The notes under the pieces: model-generated
Database searches by the model: none
The model's input: only the letters and a program-made list of their open reading frames with translations
Told to the model about the DNA's origin: nothing
Translations under genes and position numbers: made by a program
In this document: positions 28,358 to 41,924 of the stretch, one piece after another
How positions within the stretch are numbered: the first letter of the stretch is position 1
Layout of the letters: every line of letters begins with the position of its first letter
Source of the DNA: Eledone cirrhosa
Lineage: Eukaryota
Length of the DNA stretch: 64,000 bases
Assembly (NCBI GenBank): GCA_964016885.1
Contig: OZ024744.1
Coordinates: 78,058,001-78,122,000 of the forward strand
Direction of reading: 5' to 3'

Positions 28358-29276
28358 TATGTATATATATATATATATGTGAGCGAGAGAGATTTTCTCC
28401 GCAATCATATGTGGCTGAGTAATTTGTACGAAAGGGGCTATGTCAACTGGTATGAAACCAAAATAAAATATCAATTAATTACATGAAAAAGAAACGAAAT
28501 ACTATAGCCACAGAGATGGTCATTTAAAATATCATATTCCTGGCTGTTAATTTAACTCAAATATTGTTTCTCATTATTTAAATAATTCAGCAGGAACCCT
28601 CTATAAATCGCTTCTCACCAAAGACACTCTTGTGATTGATGAGTGATTGTGTGTTGTTTATTATATAAATGAATTTCAATTGGATTAGATAATGTTTGCT
28701 ATAAAAAAAAGGGAAAGAGAGGAAAAATTAAATACCTGAAGAAAGAGAAAGTAGGAGGGAGTGGCTGACTCTACATCGTTATCTAGGCAGTATGTCCCAG
28801 TTGCACCTCACAAACAAAATAAAGAAGGTATTTCCACAGAAAAGAGCCAGTAACACCCACTGCATCAGCTACTCATCCTTCCAGTTTTGCAGAAGAAAAT
28901 ATGAGATCTCGAAAGCAAACACCACAAAAAGGAAATGGTCAATGTTTTAAGAACTTAAGGCCTAAAAAGACTTAATCCAGCTCTATGTGAGACTAGGCAC
29001 ATTAAATTTTCTATTAAAGATGACTGGGTAAAATTTAAAGGTGATTTGACTGATAGTTTTAGCTGAGTGGGTAACTATATCAAATGCCCAGAATCAGAAA
29101 ACAGGACAAAGTTATCCAAATTCTAAAGCTAAACAAATGCCCAACTGAAGAAACATTGCATAGATTTCAGATTCATTACTTTCCTGTGCTCGCCCTACTA
29201 TGTTCAGGTACCGTAATACAAAGAATAACCGATGGTTTCAATAACAATGATCTACTCACATAACACTTCAAATATT

Positions 29277-29370
29277 GCACTGATTTAAACCACTGATTTG
29301 ATGCACCGATTTAGAATGACTGATTTAAACCACTGATTTGATGCACTGATTTTAAACCACTGATTTAGAG
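29277..29370. repeat. 13-14-bp minisatellite (CACTGATTTAAAC / CACTGATTTGATG)
   Basis: About 7 tandem units. Confidence 0.8.
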
Positions 29371-29652
29371 CCAGCAACTTCCTCAATGTAATAACCCAAA
29401 CATCCGTCCTCTCAACTATTCATTACTCATTTATGCCTATAACTGCTTCTGCTGCATTGGATACAGCCTAGCCAAATGGTTAAGAAGTTCGCTTCACAAT
29501 CATTAGTTCCTACATTTGATCCTACTGCTTGATATGACATCGTGGACCAGTGTTATTTATGATAGCCTCAAGTTGACCCATACCTTCTGAGTGAAACTAG
29601 GGAGACAGAAAATGTTTGGAGGTCTATCAGATTAACTGTACCTGTGATTTAA

Positions 29653-29860
29653 CCCTTTATCATTTACATTTCTCTATATTTACTATTATATTTTCATGGT
29701 AAAGGCTTTACCTCACATAATATTGAATCTATGAGATTTTGATATTATTTATTTTGAGAACAATACCTTAACATCAGTATGAGTGATCAATTACAGCCGG
29801 TTTGAAAAGAAAGAGGTGAGAGAATTCTGGCCAGATACGGTTGGTTTAAATACTAAAGGG
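29653..29860. mobile_element. piggyBac-like MITE (best copy), nested in an older repeat
   Basis: TTAA-CCCTTTATCATT ... AATACTAAAGGG-TTAA. Confidence 0.85.
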
Positions 29861-30041
29861 TTAAAGAGCCAGCCTTGTCACACACTATGTCATACTGAAT
29901 CTCCTTGAGAATTATGTTAAGAGTACACTTCACATGTCTGTGGAATGCTCAGCCACTTAGACGTTATTTTATGAGTATACTGTATTGTTGTTCAAACAAC
30001 TGGATTACTCATCATTGAGCTGATAGGGGTCATTTCGATAC

Positions 30042-30140
30042 CTGAATATAATACATCATCAAAGAAAGACTATGATTCATGATTGTGTACTCTACACAAT
30101 CATGAATCATAGTCTTTCTTTGCTGATGTATTATATTCAG
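30042..30140. repeat. ~99-bp near-perfect palindrome
   Basis: CTGAATATAATACATCA.CAAAGAAAGACTATGATTCATGATTGTGTA-CTC-TACACAATC...; one mismatch between arms. Confidence 0.9.
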
Positions 30141-30559
30141 TATTAGTTAACCCTGTAAATCTGACCATTCTTTAGACAGTATGGAAGATTTGGATGCAAT
30201 TTCTTGCAGCTCAAGTGACTATGTATAGGGCTTCCTAGCACCTCAACATCCTGTAGACTATTTGTGGGCCATAGAACTTATTCAGGGCTGACCTTCAACT
30301 TATACTATAAAAGCTTATGCTTACTCATATGCAGATGACATGACACTAACATTCTCCTATCATCAGTACCTATTATAGAAACCAGAAAGACAAGGCCGCC
30401 TCTATTTAACCTTTAGCATGCTGAACTTTTTTATGAATTACTCCCCTTGACAGTGTATTATGAATTAAGGGAAGATTACTCTATTGTCGCAATTTGTTGG
30501 CAATAGCGTGTTAAAGGTTAAAAAGAAATGCGGTATGCTTGCATGTATACACACACACA

Positions 30560-30658
30560 CAGTGGAAGCTGCTTATTATAATCACTTATAATATTATCAA
30601 CTGCTTATTGTTATTGAAGTCTTCATCCTTTACTGATTACAATAAGCAGTCATCACTG
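30560..30658. mobile_element. Short Tc1/pogo-like MITE
   Basis: TIRs CAGTGGAAGCTGCTTATTATAATCA / TGATTACAATAAGCAGTCATCACTG. Confidence 0.5.
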
Positions 30659-30810
30659 TTTATATCTTCACCAGCATCCTCTTCATAACCCAGCCAAACT
30701 CATGTATGTATGTATGGTCCCATAACTCCTGATTTAGTCGTAGGGGCGCCATATTGACATACAGTGTTTCTTGGGTAGTTTAAGCCTGGCAGAGCCCATC
30801 CCTTTCCAGA

Positions 30811-31144
30811 CTTCATTTTCATTTTACGTCTGCTTTTCCCTGCTTGCAAGGGTGGGACGGGAACTGATTCTGGCTTGATTTCTACAGCTGGATGCCCTTC
30901 CTAACACCAATCTCATTTACAGTGAGTGCTGGGTGCTTTTATGCCGTGGCACCTACACGACCATTTTGCAGTGGAATGATATGGACCCCAGTCCCTATCA
31001 TCTCATTTCTACAGCTGAGTAAACTGGAGCAATGTGAAATAAAGTGTCTTGCTCAAGGAAACAACACATCACCCGGTCTGAGAATTGAACTCACAACCTT
31101 TCGATTGCAAGGTCAATGCTCTAACCACTAAGCCATGTGCCTCC
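30811..31144 (-). mobile_element. Full-length CORE-like SINE (family B)
   Basis: Near-identical to 17095-17445. Confidence 0.9.
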
Positions 31145-31554
31145 ATTGAGTACAGCAAATTTATTCCAGAGAGAGGAAGAATCGACCCCAATACTAGACT
31201 GGTACTTTTTTTTATCGACCTCTAAAGGATAAAAGGCAAAGTCTCTACTAATGAAGCAACACTTCAGAAGCAATGTTATGCGGTATATTGCTGTGTTTCA
31301 GATGACGTCCTTTGGAGCTGAAGAAGATCATACTGACTATGGTTATTTCACAACATTTAAAATCCAAGACCAATGCTACCATTTAATCGGCAGGTTACTC
31401 CTCCAGCCTAATAAGATTGTTTTGTTTTTTTATATCTCTCTCACACACATTACGGTCTCACCTCATACCAGACAACACATCCAATACAGTCGTTTTCTCT
31501 TTTATCCATCTTCTCTTAACTGTTCTCCCGGGAAAAGCCGCGTACATCAGCTAG

Positions 31555-31586
<32 letters not shown>

Positions 31587-31617
31587 CATACAAGTTACAC
31601 ACACACATATATATCAT

Positions 31618-32345
31618 AAATTGCTACAAGGGCAAAGGTGATGCTCTAGAAAGGAGCATTTATAAAGGAATAAAACTAATTGACCAAGTTATGAAACAGA
31701 TAGAATAAGTTATAGCACAGTTAATTAGGGATTAGGGAAAGAGTCAAAATATATGAAATTCAGTTTGGTTTCATGTCTGGGAAAAATACTACAGATGTCT
31801 AGGGAACTCTATGCAGATGATTTGGTCCTTATATTTGAAACCAAAAAAGAACTAGAAAATAAATTCTGATTATGGAAACTGAATTTGGAATCAAAAGGTC
31901 TGAGAGTAAACTTAGCCAAAGTGCTAGTGAGTAGGAAAGATGATTTGACCCAGATTCCCTCAAGGAAGTGGCCATGCTCAATAAGTAGAAAAGGAGTAAG
32001 CATAAACTTCATACAATGTGCACAATTTAAATCTTGGGTACACAAAAGATGTGGTGGGATAACGAGTAGACTAACAGGAAGGAAGAACTTTGGTTGTAGA
32101 AGATGCACAGGAGAAATCGAAAGGAAAATGATATAAAGCTTTTCCAGTCACAGGAAGGATGCATAGATGGGATTGATAGCTTCTGCTATCTAGGTGACTT
32201 AATTAGCAGTGGAGTAAAGTGCTCTAAGAGCTAGAATAAGGATAGGATGGAAGAAGTTTAGAGAACTACTCCCACTGCTGACAACAAAAGGTTTCTACGT
32301 ATAAAAAGAAGGTTATATGATGCCTGTGAGCGGTGGACGATGTTG
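31618..32345 (+). mobile_element. Degenerate RTE LINE fragment
   Basis: CYKGKGDAL, YADD, ESKGLRVNLAK, KWPCSI motifs with internal deletions. Confidence 0.8.
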
Positions 32346-32423
32346 CAAGTTAGTGAAATGTATATATATATGTATTTGTTTTGCAAAGTTTTTTATATGA
32401 AATTGTATGTTGAAACAATTATT

Positions 32424-32645
32424 GTTATATTTGGGGAGGGATATATTGTTATAATATTGCCAGAAGGAATGATAAAACCCACTCACTGTTTGGTTTGGAT
32501 TGGTTTTAGCATGGCAATTGCCAGCTAAATTAACTATAGGGATATAAAATATACAGAAGCAAAAACCAATCCAAACCAAACAGTGAGTATATTTTATTAT
32601 TATTTCTGGCAATATTGTAACAATCTGACCCTCCTCAAATATAAC
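32424..32645. repeat. Diverged inverted repeat (about 85-bp arms, about 48-bp spacer)
   Basis: 32424-32510 vs 32559-32645 (ACTCACTGTTTGGTTTGGATTGGTTTT / AAAACCAATCCAAACCAAACAGTGAGT). Confidence 0.8.
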
Positions 32646-32656
32646 TATATATATAT

Positions 32657-34625
32657 AGGAAAAAGAATGAGATGTCGCATCTCAATAGCGGAGATGCTGG
32701 AGAGAAGGCATGTGGATGTGTGCTGTGTGCAAGAGGTGAGATGGAGAGGTGTCTCTGCAAGACTAATCGCAGGTAAACATTGTAGTTATAAGCTTTTCTG
32801 GGTGGGTAATGATGATGGGTTAGGTGGGGTGGGCATATTACTGGCTGAGAGGTGGATCAATAAGACAATAGACAATAGAGGTAGTTAGAGTTAGTGATAG
32901 AATAATTAAACTTAGATTAGTTGTAGGCAAGAGACTACTGACAATCATCTCTGCCTATGCTCCCCAGGCAGGCCTAGGTAAAGAAGAGAAAGACTGCTTT
33001 TACGAGCAACTTTTACAAACAGGCTCAATGACAGAGGACAGAGACATCGTTATGCTAGCAGGGGACTTCAATGGACATGTTGGACAGCTCCAGGATGGAT
33101 ACACTGGGGTACATGGTGGGCACGGTTACGGCTCAAGAAATGAAGAAGGAGTGAGGCTTCTTGAATTTTGTGATGCAAATGCACTAACCATTTGCAACAC
33201 TAACTTCCAGAAGCCTACTAACCAACTAATAACCTACAAATCAGGCAAGCACACAAGCCAGATTGACTTCCTGTCAGTAAAGTGAGAGTAGGTATGGAGT
33301 TTAGTGAGGAATTCCAGATACAAGAGGGTGTACATCAGGGTTCGGTCATTAGCTCGCTCTTGTTCATTATATAGTCTTCCAAGCCATAACAAAGGAGTTT
33401 AAGACTGGCTGTCCATAGGAACTTCTATATGCTGATGATCTGACTCAACAGAATCAGTAGAAGAGCTAGAGAATAAATTCTGGCTATGGAAACAGCAGTT
33501 GGAAGCAAGAGGAGTGAGAGTGAACATAGCTAAGACAAAAGTGTTGATAAGTAGAAGAGAGGACAAAACTGTGATTCCGTCAGGGAAATGGCCATGTTCG
33601 ATATGTAGGAAAGGAACTGGCATAAATTCCATAAAATTCACACAATGCAGAACATGGGTACACAAGAGATGTAGTGGGATCGCAGGCAAACTAACAGGTA
33701 GGGAAAACTATGTATGCAGTAGATGTACAGGGAAAGTTGGCAGCATTAATTGCAGTGATAGACACATGTTTCCAATGCAGGTGGGTTCTATAGAAGTGGT
33801 TGATAGCTTCTGGTACCTAGGTGATCAGATTAGTGTTCCAAGGCCATAGTGTCTAGAATAAGGACGGGTTGGAAGAAGTTTAGGGAGCTGTTTCCTTTGT
33901 TGACAAAGAAGGGTTTCTCCCTGCATACGAAAGGACGGGTATATGATGCCTGTGTGAGATGCTGCATGGTAGTGAGACATGGGTGGCAACTGCAGAGGAT
34001 ATGCGACGGCTGGAGAGAAATGAAGCAAGAAATGCTCCGTTGGATGTGCAATGTCAATGTGTGTGAATGACCAAGCATGGACGAGTTGAGAAAGAAACTG
34101 GGTATAAGAGGGATAAGTTGTGGTGTGCAGGAGAGAAGGCTGAGATGGTATGGACATGTGATTCGCTTGCAGTGCTTATTGGGATGTAACAAATACAGGA
34201 CAATATATGCCTTCCAGTGAATTGCACAAGTAAAGATGAAAAAGTATCCCAAGTGCATCAAATGAGTAAGAAGGGAGAGAATGGTGCACAAGCGCTTAGC
34301 CAAAGGAGGAAAAAATATAGAAAGGACGGAAATAGAAAAACAGAAAAGAATAATATAGACTGCAATCCAACGTGCAGACAAAGAAGACTCACACTGAAGT
34401 GTAGAAATGGTAAGAAGAGCTAATAGAGGAAGTCATATCGGACAGTGTGACATCTATTATATGATAGTTTCAAAAAAAGCCTGCATAGAAGAGGAAGACC
34501 TAGGAAAACTTGAGATGAAGTGATAAAAGCTGACCGTGCACAATTAAACTTTTGAAAGGTGATGACCTCTGGCAATATGCTGCACTGAAGAAGATCTGCC
34601 TTCCCATGTGCATAAGATGAAGAAA
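32657..34625 (+). mobile_element. Degenerate RTE LINE (APE endonuclease joined to RT C-terminal half by an internal deletion)
   Basis: VQEVRW, AYAPQ, GDFNGHVG, SQIDF, then a jump at about 33285 to GVHQGS/YADD; C-terminal LRWYGHV. Confidence 0.85.
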
Positions 34626-34635
34626 ACATCTAGAG

Positions 34636-35025
34636 CAGTGGTCGCCAACAGGCGGTCAGTGGACCACTGGTGATTTGAGAGAAAATTTTGGTGGTCTGTA
34701 GAAAAATTTGAACATTATTTGCAATTTTTGTTTTATCAATAATAAAACACAAATAATATTTGGTTAAAATATATCTTATAACACCCCTTAAAAAATGTTT
34801 CTCCCCAGTAAAGAACTAATATCCATGAAAGAATTTTACACATATGTATCATCTACCAACAATATGACACATGTACGCTTCAGTATTGTTTAATAAAATG
34901 GAAGTTCTCTTAACATTATTTTACAAATGTATTTATCTTTTTTTTTTAAATTTGTATTAGTGGTCCGCGGGATATAAAATTATGAATTTAGTGATCCGTG
35001 AGGTTGGAAAGATTGGCAACTGCTG
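34636..35025. mobile_element. hAT (Charlie-like) MITE
   Basis: TIRs CAGTGGTCGCCAAC / ATTGGCAACTGCTG; 8-bp TSD ATCTAGAG / ATCTAGAC. Confidence 0.85.
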
Positions 35026-35577
35026 ATCTAGACGACATTAGTCTGCACCAATCTTCCTTCTCCCTCCACACACATCCCTTTCCATATCTTAATACTCACC
35101 AGATCCCAACCTGGTTACTCATTTTAACCACCCTCCACACATGCTGTCCCACCTATGCATATAAGCATCAAAAGCTGGACATGTTCTACACCTGCACCCC
35201 CACAGTCCTTCCACCATGACAAAAAACACTTAGGCCATTTTATAAAGTGGTTTTTTCATGACAACAAAAAGCACTCAGTCTATGCTATGCGGCAGTCGTG
35301 CTCGTGACATGACAAAAAAAAAAAAAACACCCAGTCCACCCTGTAATGGTGGTTTTATGCTAGTGACACAGCAAAAAACACCCAGTCTACCCTGTAAGGT
35401 GGTCATGTTAGTGACAAAAAAAAAAAAGCACCCTGTCCACCCAGTTCTATGATGAAAGAGCACCCAGTCAACCCTATCAGATGGTCATTTTGGTGCCATG
35501 ATAAATTTATTATATATATAATCATCATTGTTTTTACGTTCATTTTACCACCGGTCCTCTTCAGCACAGCATCTCTC

Positions 35578-35743
35578 CAGCGGTGGATTGGCAGTATCGG
35601 TAGAGGGTCGGACGCCATGCTTTGTAGTTCAAATCCCGCCAAGGTTAACTTTGCCTTTCATCCTTACGGGGGTCGATAAAATAAAGTACCAGTAATACAC
35701 TGGAATAATTGCTGGCCTTGTGCCAAAAGTAGAAACAATTATT
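35578..35743 (+). mobile_element. SINE family A
   Basis: B-box AGTTCAAATCC; GCCTTTCATCCTTACGGGGGTCGATAAAATAAAGTACC; same tail as 156-348. Confidence 0.85.
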
Positions 35744-35773
35744 ATACACATATATATATAATACATTTCTTTC

Positions 35774-35805
<32 letters not shown>

Positions 35806-35807
<2 letters not shown>

Positions 35808-36219
35808 TAGAAGGGGTATTTAATTTGTTGGAAGTCCGACAAATATAAATGTTTATAACTGATTTAGAGCACTCAACAGTTTACTGGAGTAAATATTCAA
35901 TGATATTAAATAAATGGAAACTATATTTATAAAACCATATTTATTTTATTATATATATTTCAAGGGCAACCAAGACAACATTGGTACGCTTTCATCAGAT
36001 AAAATACAAAGTTTGTTTTATAAATAGAGACATACCCATGAAAATCATACCTTATCGGTTGGAAACATCCGGTGAATTTCCAACCGATAAGGTATGATTT
36101 TCATGGGTATGTCTCTATTTATAAAACAAACTTTGTATTTTATCTGATGAAAGCATACCAATATATAATAAAATAAATATGGTTTTATAAATATGGTTTC
36201 CATTTATTTAATATCATTG
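35806..36219 (-). mobile_element. Non-coding PLE-type 3'-end cassette: 320-bp palindrome (35898-36219) plus ~92-bp unique tail
   Basis: Flanked by (TA)n; tail TACTCCAGT.AAACTGT.GAGTGCT...CCTTCTAC resembles the tail of 39385-39800; contains HHR. Confidence 0.75.
35942..36006 (-). ncRNA. Type I hammerhead ribozyme (minimal stem III)
   Basis: TATTTTAT CTGATGA AAGCGTACCAA-TGTTGTC-TTGGTTGCCCTT GAAA TATATA TA ATAAAATA: intact core, 8-bp stem I, palindromic ATATATAT stem III. Confidence 0.8.
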
Positions 36220-36235
36220 TATATATATATATATT

Positions 36236-38185
<1,950 letters not shown>

Positions 38186-38208
38186 CAGAATACAGAAACA
38201 AACACACA

Positions 38209-38260
<52 letters not shown>

Positions 38261-39119
38261 CACACGCGCACACACACTAAAATGCTAATAATAGATTGTG
38301 TGCGGTGTAAATTAACAGTAAAGTTGTGGAAAGTGGATGGTAAGAGCAGGTGTGTGATAGAGTGAGTAAAAGAGAGTGGTAGGGTAGTGGTGTGAGTTGC
38401 TTTGGCAACACCAAACGCTCATCGTTTCTTTGAAGTGCACGCGAGAGTGTCGGTGGGTGTGAGCGCGCGTGTGAGGAAGACAGAGAGGAGGAAAAAGAGA
38501 GCGAGAGAGGGGGTAAGAGAAAGAGAAAGAATGCTACGCCGTGAAAAGGAAGTGGTATGAGTGCGTTTGAGTGAAAAATATTATTTGTCAAATTATAAAT
38601 TGGTAAAATATTCCATTTTTGGAGTTTCAGTCATTTGTTAATACATACACATACATACACACATGCATACAAATATGTACATACATACACACGTGCATAC
38701 ATACACGATGGCTGCCCCCTTGTTGTCGAGTATGGCCATTGCACGATATAACATTATTAATAATTATCAATTAATGCTATTGTACAATGCCTGTGCATGA
38801 AGATATTTTTTAAAGTGAGGAAAGACTGTGCACTGAGCCAATCCCACTCTCTGGGTGACAGTAGCTATAACCCGAAAAGAAGAAAAGATCATCATCGGTA
38901 ACTACTGAGCTATGGTTGGTGTTGTTATTCTACACTGCTACATCATTCACAAATTATTTTGCTTGTTTAGATTCTAGATGCCTATACTCTACTAACGTAT
39001 TGAGTACTTTTGTTAATTGTGCTCACCTCCCAATATACATCAGGAATCCACCACCACCCCTCTCTCTCTATATATATATATGTGCATGTGTGTGTATATA
39101 TATGTCAAATCGGACCAAG

Positions 39120-39393
<274 letters not shown>

Positions 39394-39428
39394 ATATAAG
39401 ATCAAAAGATGGTTAAAGGAGTTCCATG

Positions 39429-39499
39429 TATTTTATTATGCGCATTTCAAAAACAAACATCATCATGCAATAATATTTGTGTTTTCATCAGATAAAACA
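39429..39499 (-). ncRNA. Type I hammerhead ribozyme (mirror copy)
   Basis: Reverse complement of 39606-39676. Confidence 0.65.
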
Positions 39500-39605
39500 G
39501 GAGAACATGATATGAAGGCTAAAAAACACTTGTGGATAGTGCAGTTTTAAATCAACATATCTGCACTATCCACAAGTGTTTTTTAGCCTTCATATCATGT
39601 TCTCC

Positions 39606-39676
39606 TGTTTTATCTGATGAAAACACAAATATTATTGCATGCTGATGTTTGTTTTTGAAATGCGCATAATAAAATA
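39606..39676 (+). ncRNA. Type I hammerhead ribozyme (minimal stem III)
   Basis: TGTTTTAT CTGATGA AAACACAAATAT...ATGTTTGTTTTT GAAA TGCGCA TA ATAAAATA; palindromic ATGCGCAT stem III. Confidence 0.7.
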
Positions 39677-39797
39677 CATGGAACTCCTTTAACCATCTTT
39701 TGATCTTATATTATGTATACTCCAGTCCTACAAACTGTAGAGTGCTTCTTATCTGATATCTGCATTGCTTTATTGTACTACAATAAAACTCACCTCC

Positions 39798-39828
<31 letters not shown>

Positions 39829-39832
<4 letters not shown>

Positions 39833-40117
39833 TCATCATTTCATTTTACGTCTGCTTTTCCCTGCTTGCAAGGGTGGGACGGGAACTGATTCTGGCTTGA
39901 TTTCTACAGCTGGATGCCCTTCCTAACACCAACCTTATTTACAGTAAGTGCTGGGTGCTTTTTTGCCTCCACGACCACTTTGCAGTGGAATGATATGGTC
40001 CCCAGTCCCTATCATCTCATTTCTACAGCTGAATAAACTGGAGCAATGTGAAATAAAGTATCTTGCTCAAGGAAACAACACATCACCCGGTCTGAGAATT
40101 GAACTCACAACCTTTCG
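39829..40117 (-). mobile_element. CORE-like SINE (family B), 5'-truncated within the tRNA head at (TA)n
   Basis: Matches 17095-17405. Confidence 0.9.
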
Positions 40118-40311
40118 ATATATATATATATATATATATATAACAGCTGTACTAAGAGTGAGAAATGAAATTTCGTTTCATTTTTTCCGTTTATCGTTTT
40201 CGGTAACCCGGCCGATTAACTTACTCTATATACAAATTAGGCTGCTCAGCCATTAATATGCATAAGGAAAGTATATACTTTCAGACGTTCAATCATCTTG
40301 CAGGAAGGTAT

Positions 40312-40354
40312 ACGTTGCTGACGATAGCTAATAAGCTTGAAACTAGTACAGCGT
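40312..40354 (+). ncRNA. Minimal type I hammerhead ribozyme
   Basis: ACGTTG CTGACGA TAGC-TAATAA-GCTT GAAA CTAG TA CAGCGT; ACTAGT palindromic stem III; GUA cleavage triplet. Confidence 0.8.
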
Positions 40355-40971
40355 TCCTTTGTCAGGGTTGAACAAATGAGCAACGATGGTTGCTAGACAC
40401 TCTACGGCTTAATTCGGGATGTTTGTTTACAAACACACCGAGCATTATAATAAATGTTCGGTGAATCCATACGTACATATATATATGTGTGCATGTATGT
40501 ATATATATAAATACATACTACTGTACGTCTGTATACATATATGTATGTACGTATACATACTTATATGTAAGTAACAGCCGTACTAAGAGTGAGAAATGAA
40601 ATTTTGTTTCATTTTTTCCGTTTATATATATATATATGTATATATATACAAAGATCGGAATTAAGAGTATTCCGCAGTTCACAGTAATAATAATAATAAT
40701 ATTAGCTCAAAGAAGAATAGAGAATTTTCTTCTGAGCTCAAATGCAAATATATTACACAAAGAGTAATGTGTTACACAGTGAGATGTGTGTAAAGAATTA
40801 TTACAAGTGAGTTTTACAGTTACTGTATAGAGAACAATATCTACAGGTTTAGCAATTAAATAGAAAAAAACTAAGTCAGAATCAAATCTCTGAATCATAG
40901 TTTTAAATTATCAACTTTATAACTATAAGTTTGCTGATACGAATCTCGCTTCGTTTCACCACTTCTTTGTG

Positions 40972-41020
<49 letters not shown>

Positions 41021-41233
41021 TAAGTATGTATACGTACATACATATATGTATACAGACGTACAGTAGTATGTATATATATATATATATATACATACATGCA
41101 CACATATATATATGTACGTATGGATTCACCGAACATTTATTATAATGCTCGGTGTATTTGTAAACAAACATCCCGTATTAAGCCGTAGTGTCTAGCAACC
41201 ACCGTTGCTCGTTTGTTCAACCCTGACAAAGGA

Positions 41234-41276
41234 ACGCTGTACTAGTTTCAAACTTATTAGCTATCGTCAGCAACGT
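41234..41276 (-). ncRNA. Minimal type I hammerhead ribozyme (inverted duplicate of 40312-40354)
   Basis: ACGTTG CTGACGA TAGCTAATAAGTTT GAAA CTAG TA CAGCGT on minus. Confidence 0.75.
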
Positions 41277-41394
41277 ATACCTTCCTGCCAGATGATTGAA
41301 CCCGACCGATTAACCCACTCGATATGCAAATTGGGCTACTCAGCCGTTAATATGCATAAGGAAAGTATATACTGTCTATACCACACTAATTCGG

Positions 41395-41449
41395 ACTGCC
41401 TGAAGAGGTCACAGCCAAAGATGGCTGTCACCGAAATATATATAGCAGT
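41395..41449 (+). ncRNA. Type I hammerhead ribozyme, canonical core
   Basis: ACTGC CTGAAGA GGTCACAGCCA-AAGA-TGGCTGTCACC GAAA TATATA TA GCAGT; G10.1-C11.1 pair, long stem II, ATATATAT stem III. Confidence 0.88.
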
Positions 41450-41549
41450 AATAAACGAAGCTAAATTTAAAACATTTGACTTATTTATTTTATTTTATAT
41501 ATATATATATATATATTTATATACTGTATATATATATATTTATATATAT

Positions 41550-41632
<83 letters not shown>

Positions 41633-41640
<8 letters not shown>

Positions 41641-41859
41641 ATCAAAAGATGGTTAAAAGAGTTCCATGTATTTTGTTATGCGCATTTCAAAAACAAATAT
41701 GATGATATTTGTTTTTGAAATGCGCATAACAAAATACATGGAACTCTTTTAACCATCTTTTGATCTTATATATTATGTATACTCCAGTCCTACAAATTGT
41801 AGAGTGCTTCTTATCCGATATCTGCATTGCTTTATTGTACTACAATAAAACTCACCTCC

Positions 41860-41862
<3 letters not shown>
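41633..41862 (+). mobile_element. Shorter sister copy of the 39385-39800 palindromic cassette
   Basis: About 68-bp arms around GATG loop (41701-41704); same ~80-bp tail; (TA)n on both sides; truncated within the HHR. Confidence 0.85.
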
Positions 41863-41920
<58 letters not shown>

Positions 41921-41924
<4 letters not shown>

